Of a stretch of DNA of 64,000 bases, positions 17,974 through 28,410 are shown in pieces (within the stretch, counting starts at the first letter, position 1; every line of letters starts with the position of its first letter). Made by a program: the position numbers and the translations under genes. The stretch spans positions 4,802 through 68,801 of the forward strand of contig CAYGBX010000007.1 in NCBI GenBank assembly GCA_964348195.1, written 5' to 3'. This stretch comes from an uncultured Anaerolineales bacterium. Its GTDB lineage: Bacteria > Chloroflexota > Anaerolineae > UBA7937 > JACPPX01. The notes beneath the pieces are model-generated. The model saw only the letters and a list, made by a program, of their open reading frames with translations. It had not been told where the DNA came from and did not search any database.

Positions 17974-19275
17974 GTGGATTTGCGGCGTCTCTTCCCCATT
18001 CTACTCATCATCTTCGTGAACATACTGGGCGCTGGCGTCATCATTCCCATCCTCCCTCTCTATGCCGAGGGGGAATTCGGCGGGACTGTACTCCAGATTA
18101 CCTTGCTCGCGAGCTCGTTCTTCGGAGCCCAGTTCCTGGCAGCTCCCTTTCTCGGTCGGCTCTCCGATCGATACGGACGCCGCCCGATCCTGATGCTGAG
18201 CCAACTTGGAACCGTCTTGGCCTTCGTACTGTTCATCTTCGCCGGACCCCTTGGCAGATGGGTCGACACGTTCGGATTGTCGCTTCCCCTCTCTGGAGGC
18301 ATGCTGGTCCTCTTCGCGGGCCGGATTCTGGATGGGATCACCGGCGGGAACATCACGATCGCCCAAGCCTATGTGGCTGACGTGACTTCTGAGGAGGATC
18401 GGGCCCAGGGGCTGGGCTACCTGCAGGCCGCCTTCGGGATGGGGATCATCTTTGGGCCAGCGTTCGGAGGCGTGCTGAGCACAGTCGGTCCCGTGGCGCC
18501 CTTCATCGGCGCCGCGGCCATCACGACAGGCACGCTGCTCCTGACGGCAGCCACGCTCGAGGAATCGTTGCCTGAGGAGGAACGTGTCGAGCGTGGCGGA
18601 CGAAGGGTGCTGCTGCCTGCTCCCTCTGCGCTGATGGCACAGCCGGCTCTGGCTTTGATCCTGGGCATCGGTTTCGCTGCCTCTCTCGCGTTCTCGTCTC
18701 TGCCCGCGACGTTCGCGCTCTACGCCAGTCGAGTGCTTTTTCCCGAGGCCGCCCGAGCCGGAGGAGCCCAATTGCCCATAGCACTGATGCTGGCCTTCTT
18801 CGGGCTGATGACCGTGATCACCCAGATCACACTGCTCAGGCCCCTCGTCATGCGCTTGGGGGAGCGTCGGCTGCTCGTCTTTGGACAGATCGCACTCACC
18901 CTGTCGTTCTTGGGACTGGGTGGGGCAGGCCGTGCGTTCCTGGCCGCTGCAGCTCTGGGCACCTTTGCCTTCGGCCAAGGAGTCAGTGAGCCGAGCCTTC
19001 AGTCACTTGTGACTCGGTTCGGAACGCGGCGCACCAGCGGCCAGTTGCTCGGCTTCTACCAGTCCGCTCGAAGCCTGGCGCTCATCTTCGGGCCGATCGC
19101 GGCTGGCTTCGTCTTCGAAGGCATCTCGCCGCGAGCCACCTACTGGGCCGGGGCGGGGGTAGCATTCGTTTCTCTTCTTCTTGGGCTAGGGCTGCTGCGG
19201 CGGGCCATCCCCGGTCTCGCGGGGGAGGAGTCTCAGGCGCTGCGGGGTGAGTCTGCAGCCACCGGCGGCAGATAG
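17974..19275 (+). CDS. MFS transporter, Tet/TCR-like drug:H+ antiporter family
   Basis: 12-TM architecture with MFS motif A (GRLSDRYGRRPIL) and an antiporter motif-like GPAFGG. Confidence 0.85.
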   Translation: MDLRRLFPILLIIFVNILGAGVIIPILPLYAEGEFGGTVLQITLLASSFFGAQFLAAPFLGRLSDRYGRRPILMLSQLGTVLAFVLFIFAGPLGRWVDTFGLSLPLSGGMLVLFAGRILDGITGGNITIAQAYVADVTSEEDRAQGLGYLQAAFGMGIIFGPAFGGVLSTVGPVAPFIGAAAITTGTLLLTAATLEESLPEEERVERGGRRVLLPAPSALMAQPALALILGIGFAASLAFSSLPATFALYASRVLFPEAARAGGAQLPIALMLAFFGLMTVITQITLLRPLVMRLGERRLLVFGQIALTLSFLGLGGAGRAFLAAAALGTFAFGQGVSEPSLQSLVTRFGTRRTSGQLLGFYQSARSLALIFGPIAAGFVFEGISPRATYWAGAGVAFVSLLLGLGLLRRAIPGLAGEESQALRGESAATGGR

Positions 19276-19294
19276 AACATGGGCGCGCGTTCCA

Positions 19295-19331
19295 TTGACC
19301 GGTGTGCGGGATCGCGCTACTCTGATCCCGC
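19295..19331 (+). promoter_or_regulatory. Candidate sigma-70 promoter with an overlapping 8-bp inverted repeat (possible operator)
   Basis: TTGACC (19295-19300), a 17-nt spacer, then TACTCT (19318-19323). The inverted repeat GCGGGATC-N10-GATCCCGC (19306-19331) brackets the -10 element. Confidence 0.3.
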
Positions 19332-19469
19332 GTGCGTGCCCCTGAGCGCACGGGTGTCTTGGGCGCCAAGTGCCATCGGATACGGGGAAGACAGGCGCGA
19401 AAGATCCGCTGCTATGGGTAGTATCAGCGACGACCTGCTGGCCCTTTCGGCCCGCTAGAGATCTCTGAG

Positions 19470-20435
19470 GTGTCGGCCGGTGATGTGGTCGAGCGACTGC
19501 TGAGATCGGAAGAGTCATGCATCCAGTTCAAGGTTCGGGTGGGGGTGATGGGGGAGGATCCGCAGTCGGCCGGGATCAGGAAGCTGCAGGGGCAGATCCG
19601 ACGATCGGAGCGGGTCCGGGCGCTGTTCGCCGAGGCTGCCGATGACGGTCCGCCGCCCTTTCACCCCTACGCGAAATGGTACGGGGCCCATTGGATCATG
19701 GCTACCCTCGCCGACATCGGGTACCCGCCGGGCGACGAGCGCCTCATCCCCTGGCGAGATCGCGTCTGTAAGTGGCTTCTCCCAAAGGATCGCCCGCGGA
19801 GGAGGCCGATCGTTGATGGTCGGACGCGACGGTGTGCGTCCCAGGAGGGCAACGCCGTCTACTACCTGCTGAAGCTGGGTCTGGCCGGCAGGCGGACTGA
19901 CCAGTTGGTGGACAGTTTGTTGGAATGGCAGTGGCCGGACGGCGGCTGGAATTGCGACAAGAATCCGGCGGCCGACAACTCCTCGTTCCACGAGAGCCTC
20001 ATCCCCCTTCGCGCCCTGTCCTATCATGCCAAGGTGACCGGGGACCTAGCATCCGGCGCCGCGGCCGAGCGGGCGGCGGAGATCTTCCTGAAGCGCAGGA
20101 TGTTCCGACGGCTGAGCGATGGCGAGATCATGAAGAAGGAATTCGTAGAGTTTCACTATCCGCCTTACTGGCACTACGACGTCTTGTTCGGGCTCAAGGT
20201 GATGGCGGAGGCCGGATTCATTGGGGATCCTAGGTGCGAGGAGGCGCTTGACCTGCTGGAATCCAAGCGGCTGCCGGACGGCGGCTGGGTGGCGGATCGG
20301 AAGTACTATTATCGTAGGAAAGCCAAGTCGCAGCGCGAGCTTGTGGACTGGGGGCCGGTCGGGAAGAGTCAGATGAACGAGTGGGTCACCGCCGACGCGC
20401 TGAATGTTCTGGGTGCAGCCGGACGGATTGGTTGA
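19470..20435 (+). CDS. Hypothetical protein with prenyltransferase/terpene-cyclase-like repeats
   Basis: Repeated WQWPDGGWN and LPDGGWV motifs are reminiscent of alpha-alpha toroid (squalene cyclase/prenyltransferase) repeats. Confidence 0.5.
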   Translation: MSAGDVVERLLRSEESCIQFKVRVGVMGEDPQSAGIRKLQGQIRRSERVRALFAEAADDGPPPFHPYAKWYGAHWIMATLADIGYPPGDERLIPWRDRVCKWLLPKDRPRRRPIVDGRTRRCASQEGNAVYYLLKLGLAGRRTDQLVDSLLEWQWPDGGWNCDKNPAADNSSFHESLIPLRALSYHAKVTGDLASGAAAERAAEIFLKRRMFRRLSDGEIMKKEFVEFHYPPYWHYDVLFGLKVMAEAGFIGDPRCEEALDLLESKRLPDGGWVADRKYYYRRKAKSQRELVDWGPVGKSQMNEWVTADALNVLGAAGRIG

Positions 20436-20473
20436 GCCTCCTGGGGCGGCGGGTAGATGACTGAGAGGGATAG

Positions 20474-21064
20474 ATGGGTACGAATCTAGAGGGAGACCGG
20501 GGCGCAGAAGACAGCCTAGAATTGGCCACTCTCGGGGGTGGATGCTTCTGGTGTCTGGAGCCCATCTATGATGAGCTCGAGGGCGTTGCCAAGGTCGAGG
20601 TAGGCTACTCCGGTGGGGACGTAGCCGATCCCAGCTACGAGCACGTGTGCACCGGCACGACGGGCCACGCTGAGGTGGTGCAGATCACCTTTGACCCCAC
20701 GGCGGTCTCTTTCGAAGAGATCCTCGAAGTGTTCTTCTCGATTCACGACCCGACGACGCCTGACAGGCAGGGGGCCGATGTGGGCCCTCAGTACCGGTCG
20801 GCCATCTTCTACCACAGCGATGAACAGAAGGAGACCGCAGAGCGGGTGATCCGCGAATTGGATGCGGAGGGGATCTGGGGGGCTCCGATCGTCACGGAGG
20901 TGTCGCCCCTGGAGTCCTACTATCGCGCCGAGGAGTACCATCAGAAGTACTTCGCGAAGAACCCCCAGGCCGCCTATTGTCAGTTGGTCATTGCGCCCAA
21001 GATCGCCAAGTTCCGTCAGAAGAGCGGCGCCAGGCTCAAGACCTCTGCGGTTCCGGCTCGATAG
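20474..21064 (+). CDS. msrA: Peptide-methionine (S)-S-oxide reductase
   Basis: The GGGCFWC active-site motif and high similarity to MsrA are evident throughout. The active site is the Cys form, not Sec. Confidence 0.92.
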   Translation: MGTNLEGDRGAEDSLELATLGGGCFWCLEPIYDELEGVAKVEVGYSGGDVADPSYEHVCTGTTGHAEVVQITFDPTAVSFEEILEVFFSIHDPTTPDRQGADVGPQYRSAIFYHSDEQKETAERVIRELDAEGIWGAPIVTEVSPLESYYRAEEYHQKYFAKNPQAAYCQLVIAPKIAKFRQKSGARLKTSAVPAR

Positions 21065-21173
21065 CCCCGCCACCCGTCGGTCCATCGGCCGCCTCGGACG
21101 GGAACCGCTGGCCCCGCCGAGACGTCGGTAGAGCAGGGTTGAGACGGTCGGTGCTTCTACATATGGCCCGAGA

Positions 21174-21833
21174 GTGGGCGGCACATTGAGGAAGGTCTGG
21201 CTCCTGGGCGCTGTGGTCGTGGCAGGCTGTGCAGGTGTGAGCCCTGCTCCTACTCCGCCCGCAAGCCCCGATGAGCCGGTCGCGTCTGAAATCGTACTCA
21301 TCGACGTCCACGAGGTCGCGGTGCACCAGGTCGAGTTCGATCCAGCGGCGCTGGAGGTGGACATCCAAGGGGTGATCGGTGATTCGTGCAACCAGTTGGA
21401 CCAAGTCGAACAGCAACGAGACGGGAACGAAGTTGTGCTTACAATCACCGCCATCCGCACCCTCGGTGTTCCATGCAGGGAACTCGCCCAGCCATACGAC
21501 GAGACGATCCCCCTCCAGGGCGACTTCGAGCCGGGAATCTATACCGTCACGGTGAACGGGGTCTCGGATGCGATCGAGGTCGTGTCGCACCTGGACGACG
21601 CGGCTGCTGCGGCGCGAGCATTCCTTGCTGAGAATCTAGGGGTGGAAGAATCGGACCTCAGGCTCCTGAGCACCGAAGATGTCCTGTGGAATGACACCAG
21701 TCTGGGCTGCCCAGAGCCGGGGAAGGTGTACCTTCAGGTGTTGACACCGGGGTACCGCCTCACGTTTCAGCATGGGGCGGAACGGTTGGAGGTCCACACG
21801 AATCACGACGGCACCCAGGCCGCCACCTGCTGA
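21174..21833 (+). CDS. Hypothetical lipoprotein between msrA and msrB
   Basis: A signal peptide with lipobox (LLGAVVVAGC) is followed by a Pro-rich linker. No family is recognised. Confidence 0.55.
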   Translation: MGGTLRKVWLLGAVVVAGCAGVSPAPTPPASPDEPVASEIVLIDVHEVAVHQVEFDPAALEVDIQGVIGDSCNQLDQVEQQRDGNEVVLTITAIRTLGVPCRELAQPYDETIPLQGDFEPGIYTVTVNGVSDAIEVVSHLDDAAAAARAFLAENLGVEESDLRLLSTEDVLWNDTSLGCPEPGKVYLQVLTPGYRLTFQHGAERLEVHTNHDGTQAATC

Positions 21834-21984
21834 CCTCGCCGGACTGACCCGAGCCTCGTGCCTGCATCCCTGGCCGAGAGCCCGGACTCCTCCAGAGCAT
21901 CGGGCGGCCCGGCCGAACTCAGCAGAAAGCTTGATGTCCCAAGCGCAGCGGACTCGAGAGGTGAACAAGAACAGGAAGGCCAGG

Positions 21985-22407
21985 ATGGAGAAGATCCAGA
22001 AGTCGGACGAGGAGTGGCGAGGGCAGTTGACCCCCGAGCAGTACTACGTGACGCGCCAGAAGGGCACTGAGCGTTCGTTCACCGGTGCCTACTACGATCA
22101 CAAAGGCGAGGGGGTCTACCGCTGTGTAGCGTGTGGCCAGGCGCTCTTCAGCTCCGAGACCAAGTATGACTCGAGGACGGGGTGGCCGTCCTTTTGGGAC
22201 GTGATCTCTTCAGAGAGTGTTGACACCGAGGATGATTTCAGCCTGGGCATGCACCGGATCGAAGTGACCTGTGCCCGGTGCGATGCCCACCTAGGCCATC
22301 TGTTCCCTGATGGGCCCGCTCCCACCGGCCAGCGCTACTGCATCAACTCGGCCGCGCTGACCTTTGTCGCAAAGCGGGCCGCTCGTGAAACGGGTGGAAC
22401 ACCGTAG
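21985..22407 (+). CDS. msrB: Peptide-methionine (R)-S-oxide reductase
   Basis: The SelR/MsrB motifs are present: YRCVACGQALF, GWPSF, CARCDAHLGHLF and RYCINS. An alternative upstream start is at 21934. Confidence 0.9.
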   Translation: MEKIQKSDEEWRGQLTPEQYYVTRQKGTERSFTGAYYDHKGEGVYRCVACGQALFSSETKYDSRTGWPSFWDVISSESVDTEDDFSLGMHRIEVTCARCDAHLGHLFPDGPAPTGQRYCINSAALTFVAKRAARETGGTP

Positions 22408-22489
22408 CGTAGCGACGGAGGCCAGAGAAGTCCCCCGCCGAGTCGATCTGATCTAAGCGCTCAGCGGCTTCGCCCTCTCGGAGCCGGTT

Positions 22490-22540
22490 TGCCCCTGTCG
22501 TCGTCGATTCTGCCCCCGCCGTCGCCCCTTTGCCCCTCCT
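22490..22540. repeat. Dispersed intergenic repeat, copy A (TGCCCC-rich)
   Basis: TGCCCCTGTCGTCGTCGATTCTGCCCC matches the reverse complement of 61052-61078 at 25 of 27 positions. The flanks are also similar. It lies in the convergent gap between msrB and the HlyD gene. Confidence 0.7.
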
Positions 22541-22677
22541 GCAGCGACGGACGGAAGAGCGAGTCGCTGCGCTTCGCGAGGCTCCCCTGGTCTATTCGTT
22601 GTTGCTTCGTTGCTTCGGGTGCCCGGAGAAGTCTCGCTGCCCTTGGGGAGGAGCGGCCCGGGGGTTGAAGAGTCGGC

Positions 22678-23826
22678 TCAGGGGACCGCGATTTCGACGA
22701 AAGCCGTCATCCCCCACCTCAGGCTGGAGTCCGGTCCCTGCTCCAGATCGATCGTTACCCGGAACACACGCTCGCCACGCGACTCTGTGGCGAGGGGTGC
22801 TATCCTCAGTACTTCGCCAGTGAAGGTCTGATCCGGTAGAGCATCCACGGTGACTTCCACAGAGGCGCCGATCTGCACCAGAGGCACATTGGTCTCGTGG
22901 AGGTCGGTGGTCTCCACCCACAACTTGGACAGGTCCCCGAGTTCGGCGACCGGCATGCCAGGCCCGACGAGTTCGCCCACGTCCACATGAAGTACAGCGA
23001 TCGTGCCCGAGAAGGGGGCAACGAGCGAGGCCTCTGCGAGGGCCACCTCTGCCTCCTGTAGTGCCGCCTCCGCCTGGGTTCTATGTGCCTCCAGGAGGGC
23101 GATCTCCTCGAAGGTGGGACCTGCCTGGAGCAGGTCGAGCTCGGCCTGAGCCCGCTCGACGGCCTTCTGGGCTATCGCGAGATCTTCCGCCCTAGGGCCA
23201 TCTACTGCGAGGTTGTATGCAGCCTGGGCGCTGGCGAAAGCCAGATAGGCCTGTTGGAGGGCGACGGACTGCGGCGTAGCGCTGGCGCCGGGTAGGAACC
23301 GAACGGCGTCGAAGGCGGACTCAGCCAGGGCCAGCTCCACCCTCGCGAGTTCCAGTCGGGCCTCCGCGACCGCCACCTCGTCGCTGGTAGGTCCTGCAGC
23401 GAGCTTGTCATGCGCCGCTTGGGCGGAACGGTAGACGGCGCGAGCCGCCGCGATCTCCTCGGGCCGGGCCCCGGCCAGGGTTCGATCCAGGGTGGCTTCG
23501 GCCGCCATGAGGCCGGCCGCAGCCTGGGCGACCCTGGCCTCTAGGTCCTGCGTCTCGAGCCGTACGAGCACCTGAGCGGGGGTAACATGATCGCCCGCTT
23601 CGACCAGGACCTCAGCAACTCGACCGCCGACGCGGAATCCTAGGGAGGCATGACGATGGGGGACCATCAGGCCCTCTGCGGAGACCACTCGCGGAACCCC
23701 GGCCGGTGGACCGGGGGTGGGTGTGGGCTCGGGGAGAGGTGCGAGAAACTGGCTGTAGAGTACGGCGCTCGCAAGTATGGCGAGGAGGACCCCTCCAACC
23801 AGAAGTACATTTCGACGGCTCACCAA
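22678..23826 (-). CDS. HlyD/MacA-family periplasmic adaptor (membrane fusion protein)
   Basis: An N-terminal TM is followed by a long coiled-coil Ala/Glu/Leu-rich hairpin and a beta-barrel C-terminus. It is the last gene of the ATPase-permease-adaptor operon. Confidence 0.85.
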   Translation of the reverse strand: MVSRRNVLLVGGVLLAILASAVLYSQFLAPLPEPTPTPGPPAGVPRVVSAEGLMVPHRHASLGFRVGGRVAEVLVEAGDHVTPAQVLVRLETQDLEARVAQAAAGLMAAEATLDRTLAGARPEEIAAARAVYRSAQAAHDKLAAGPTSDEVAVAEARLELARVELALAESAFDAVRFLPGASATPQSVALQQAYLAFASAQAAYNLAVDGPRAEDLAIAQKAVERAQAELDLLQAGPTFEEIALLEAHRTQAEAALQEAEVALAEASLVAPFSGTIAVLHVDVGELVGPGMPVAELGDLSKLWVETTDLHETNVPLVQIGASVEVTVDALPDQTFTGEVLRIAPLATESRGERVFRVTIDLEQGPDSSLRWGMTAFVEIAVP

Positions 23827-23832
23827 TCCCTC

Positions 23833-26427
23833 CTACTCGTGTTGGATGGCCCGTACGATATTCAGTCTCGCCGCGCGCCCGGCCGGATAGAGAGCGGCCA
23901 ACTGGGAAACCAAGAGGACGGCACCGATGCTCACCAAACAGGCCGCAAGCGGGAAGACATAATCGACTCGGTACCCGCTCAGCTGGTTCACCAGTCTCAT
24001 TCCCGCGACAGAATGCGGCACCCCCACCGCGAGTCCGAGGGTGGCCCCCATAGCCCCCAACATGGCCGCCTCCCCACGGATCATCCGCCCCACCTGGCGG
24101 CGAGTCATGCCCAGGCTCCGCAGGACCCCAACCTCGCGTATCCGTTCCAGGACATTCATAAGGAGGGTGTTGGCCACCCCCAGGGCAGCGACCAGGACAG
24201 CGATCAGGGCCAGGACATTGAAGAGGCCGAAGGTCTCGTCCACCAGCGCCTCGACCCGGCTTCGGAAATCCTCGTTGGTCTGGACCTGCAGGTGGTAGCG
24301 ATCTCCAAACCGTTCCTCGATGGAAGCCGCTACCGCGTTCGCGGAGACGCCCTCATCTACCCTGGCGACAAACACGCCTACCGTCCGCGCTCCGAAAAGT
24401 CGGCGTAGGTCCTCACGAGATCCTGTTACGGACAGGCCCTCGAACGTGTAGTCGACGATGATCCCTGCAATATGGAACTCGCGGGCCCCCCGATCGGTCG
24501 CAAGTCGCAGTCTGTCGCCGACGTCGAGTCCGTACCTCTCGGAGACCACAGTGGATATGAGAACCGCCTCTCCTGCCGCGAGCTTGTCCAGCACGGCCTG
24601 CTCGTTGTCCGGGCGGACGGCGAACTGGAATCCTGTTACGAGGGAGTGAGTCGCTGGATCCACGCCGGTGAAGAGAAGCGTGTCGCCACCCGGTTCCTCT
24701 CCCATGAGCCCTTCGGTTCGCACCGAAACGTAGGACACGGGACTCACCGCCTCTACCCCCGAGACCGAGGCCAGCCGGGCCCCCAACTCCGGTCGCATGG
24801 CGATCGGGGATCGGACGTAGAGGTCTCCTCCCAGAGCGCGCTCCACCCAGTCCTCGATGTCACGTCGGAACGACTCGGTCATGGAGCCTACGTCCACGAT
24901 CATGACGACTCCCACCATCAGAGCGGCCACTGTCAGGGTGGACCGGCCTCGGTCGCGACGGGTGTTGGCGCTCCCCATCCGGCCCTCGTGGCCGAACAAG
25001 CGTACGAGCGGGCCACGGAGGATCCCCTCCATCCGGTCCGCAACCGCGGGGGCGAGCAGGGCCGCGCCCACTAGGATTGCGAGAGTGCTCACGAAACCGA
25101 CTGGCAAGGCGGCCGAGGTCCGTATCGGCAGAGGGTAGAATCCCACGAGGATCAGGGCGACGCCAGGGATCCAGCCCCGCTCCACGACCCAAGACTGTCC
25201 CGTCCGAGCCCGCACACCGAGGGCCTCGAGGGGGAGAATCCGAGCCGCTCCGCGCGCGGGAAACAGCGCCGAGACCAGAGTCAGTCCGAATCCCACGCTG
25301 AGAGAGAAGAGGAGCGCCTCCGGGGTGATGGTCGCCTCGGCAAGATCCACTCGCAGCAGGGACTCGACGGAGATCATGAGACCTCGAGATAGGGCGATCC
25401 CGGTGAGCACGCCGATTCCGGCTCCCAGCGTGCCGAGGAACAGTGCCTCCAGGAACACCAACCCCATGATCTGGCGCCGCCTGGCGCCCACGGTGCGGAG
25501 CAGCCCTATCTCGCGGGTGCGCTCCACCACGGTCATGGAGAAGGTGTTGTAGATCAGGAAAGAGCCTACGAAGGCTGCGACAGCGCTGAAGAATGCAAGT
25601 CCCTGCTGGTAGGAAGAGAGGAGCCTGGCGAAGAGCCGGCCCCGAGCTGCTGGATAGATGACCTTGAAGCCTTGTCCCAGCGTCTGTTCCGCCCTTTCTC
25701 GGAGTGCCTCCAGCCGCTGTGCGTCCTGGGCCGTGGCGGAATCGGCGATGATATCGATCTGATCCAGCCGTCCACTTCGCTTGAAGACATCCTGGATCAC
25801 CTTCAATGGCGCGACCGCGGCGTCGCCGCCGTTCGTGGCTCCGAACCCTTCGGTGGCCATGAGTCCGGTCACGCGGAACGAGACGGCACCCTTGGGGGTG
25901 AGGATGTCGAGGTCCACTCCTAGGCTCACTCCCTTCCTCTCAGCAAAGCGGTCGGTGATCACCATTACGCGGCCGTCCTCGCGAGGAGCCAGGAACGATC
26001 CCTCCACCATCCGATACACGCGTGCGTCGGGATCCAGGGCCGGGTTCACGCCGTAGACCTGTAGGACATTGGCGACATATCCCTGGCCCAGGACGAAGGA
26101 CGGCTCCCACTGGTCCGCATCTTGGGCAAGGAGGGTGGACGCGGTCACGCTCGGTACGGCCAACTCCACGCCGGGGACGCGGGCCACATCATTCAGAATC
26201 TCCTCCTCAAACCCCTCAGCCGTCAGGGCAGAGCTCTCCACCTGTAGATGGGCACGGCCCGAAGCCTCCTCGAGCACGCGCTCTACAGACGCAAGGGTGC
26301 TTCGATTCGTGATCTGGATGGCGAGGACCACGCTGACGCCAAGTGAGATCCCGGCGATGGTTAGGAGCGTCCGTCCTGGACGAGCGCGGAGCCCATGCAC
26401 CGTGTACCGAATCAGCACCGCGATCAC
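23833..26427 (-). CDS. ABC transporter permease with duplicated FtsX/MacB-type domains
   Basis: The 864-aa protein has two FtsX-like 4-TM modules, each preceded by a large periplasmic domain. Confidence 0.85.
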   Translation of the reverse strand: MIAVLIRYTVHGLRARPGRTLLTIAGISLGVSVVLAIQITNRSTLASVERVLEEASGRAHLQVESSALTAEGFEEEILNDVARVPGVELAVPSVTASTLLAQDADQWEPSFVLGQGYVANVLQVYGVNPALDPDARVYRMVEGSFLAPREDGRVMVITDRFAERKGVSLGVDLDILTPKGAVSFRVTGLMATEGFGATNGGDAAVAPLKVIQDVFKRSGRLDQIDIIADSATAQDAQRLEALRERAEQTLGQGFKVIYPAARGRLFARLLSSYQQGLAFFSAVAAFVGSFLIYNTFSMTVVERTREIGLLRTVGARRRQIMGLVFLEALFLGTLGAGIGVLTGIALSRGLMISVESLLRVDLAEATITPEALLFSLSVGFGLTLVSALFPARGAARILPLEALGVRARTGQSWVVERGWIPGVALILVGFYPLPIRTSAALPVGFVSTLAILVGAALLAPAVADRMEGILRGPLVRLFGHEGRMGSANTRRDRGRSTLTVAALMVGVVMIVDVGSMTESFRRDIEDWVERALGGDLYVRSPIAMRPELGARLASVSGVEAVSPVSYVSVRTEGLMGEEPGGDTLLFTGVDPATHSLVTGFQFAVRPDNEQAVLDKLAAGEAVLISTVVSERYGLDVGDRLRLATDRGAREFHIAGIIVDYTFEGLSVTGSREDLRRLFGARTVGVFVARVDEGVSANAVAASIEERFGDRYHLQVQTNEDFRSRVEALVDETFGLFNVLALIAVLVAALGVANTLLMNVLERIREVGVLRSLGMTRRQVGRMIRGEAAMLGAMGATLGLAVGVPHSVAGMRLVNQLSGYRVDYVFPLAACLVSIGAVLLVSQLAALYPAGRAARLNIVRAIQHE

Positions 26428-26437
26428 GATGTGTCCC

Positions 26438-27148
<711 letters not shown>

Positions 27149-27289
27149 GAGCCCGAGAAGAGTGTCAACGGATCGCGCGAGGAAGGAGATCGCGCAGGGC
27201 GGATGGTCGGGGGGCGAGAAGGCGATCGCTCACGCTAGCAGGCGGCTCGAGCGAGGATTCCCTTCACAGGCGCGGGGAGATGGGAGCCT

Positions 27290-28399
27290 TCAGGCTGCGA
27301 AGGTTTCCTTCCTAGCCGTAAGAGATTCGAGACGATCCTCGTCCACCTCAACGCCGATGCCAGTCCCAGTGGGAACGGTAATGGTGCCGTCGGGATTGAG
27401 TCGGAAAGGCGGGTTCACGATGTCCTCCGAGAAGTAGCGGTCGCTGGCTGAGATGTCGCCCGGCAGGCTGAAGTTGGGAAGGGTAGCCATGGCCACGTTG
27501 TGGGCGCGGCCCACGCCGGTCTCGAGCAACCCTCCGCACCACACGGGTACGCCGGCGGATTGGCAGAGGTCGTGGATCTTGATCGCCTGGAGGGGCCCTC
27601 CCACACGGCCCGGTTTGATGTTGACGATCCGGCAGGAATCCAGCTCTAGCGCCAGCCGGACCTGCTGGAACGTGCCGACGCTTTCGTCCAGGCATATGGG
27701 GGTCTCGATCTGACTCTGAAGTCTCGCGTGGTCAAGGAGGTCCTCGTAGCTCAGAGGCTGCTCCACCATCATCAGGCCAAAGCCATCCAGGGTCTTGAAG
27801 GTTTCTAGGTCCTGCAGGGTGTAGGCCGCATTGGCGTCTACCATGAGGGGTGTTTCGGGGAACTGTTCTCTTACCGACCGCACTACCGAGACGTCCCACC
27901 CCGGCTTTATCTTGATCTTGATGCGACGGTACCCGTCGCTGACATAGTCAGCGATGCGCTCGAGGAGCGCCTCCACCGAAGGCTGAATCCCTACGCTCAC
28001 GCCACTCTCGATGGCGTCCCGGTGACCGCCCAGGACGCGGGCGAGCGGCAGTCCGTCCCCCTTCGCCAGCAGGTCCCAGAAGGCCTGTTCCAAGCCGGTC
28101 TTGGCCAGGTGGTGGCCTCGAACCGGCGCCATCCTGTCCTGCAGGCCCCCGGCATCCGGCACGTCCTGCCCCAGTATGATCGGAACCAAGAAATCCCTCA
28201 GGATGTGCCAGCACGTCTCGGTGGTCTCGTAGAGGTACCATGGGCCGGCCATTGTCGCCGACTCGCCGTGACCCACCAGCCCCTCCGCTCGCATCGTCAC
28301 GATGATGGGATCCCGCTCCGCCTCCTCCCCGAAGCTAGTCTGGAAAGGATGGACGAGGGGAAGACGGACGTGGCGAAGCTCGACTTGCTCAATGCGCAT
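27290..28399 (-). CDS. Enolase-superfamily o-succinylbenzoate synthase / N-acylamino-acid racemase
   Basis: MenC/NSAR-subgroup motifs are present: KIKIKPGWD, MVDANAAY, VEQPL, CLDES and NIKPGRVGG. Confidence 0.85.
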   Translation of the reverse strand: MRIEQVELRHVRLPLVHPFQTSFGEEAERDPIIVTMRAEGLVGHGESATMAGPWYLYETTETCWHILRDFLVPIILGQDVPDAGGLQDRMAPVRGHHLAKTGLEQAFWDLLAKGDGLPLARVLGGHRDAIESGVSVGIQPSVEALLERIADYVSDGYRRIKIKIKPGWDVSVVRSVREQFPETPLMVDANAAYTLQDLETFKTLDGFGLMMVEQPLSYEDLLDHARLQSQIETPICLDESVGTFQQVRLALELDSCRIVNIKPGRVGGPLQAIKIHDLCQSAGVPVWCGGLLETGVGRAHNVAMATLPNFSLPGDISASDRYFSEDIVNPPFRLNPDGTITVPTGTGIGVEVDEDRLESLTARKETFAA

Positions 28400-28410
28400 G
28401 GAACTCGGTC

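Noticed and set aside
20474-22407. MsrA or MsrB as selenoproteins (Sec forms exist in some organisms)
   Set aside because: Both are uninterrupted ORFs with Cys at the catalytic positions (GCFWC in MsrA, RYCINS in MsrB). Neither has an in-frame UGA.
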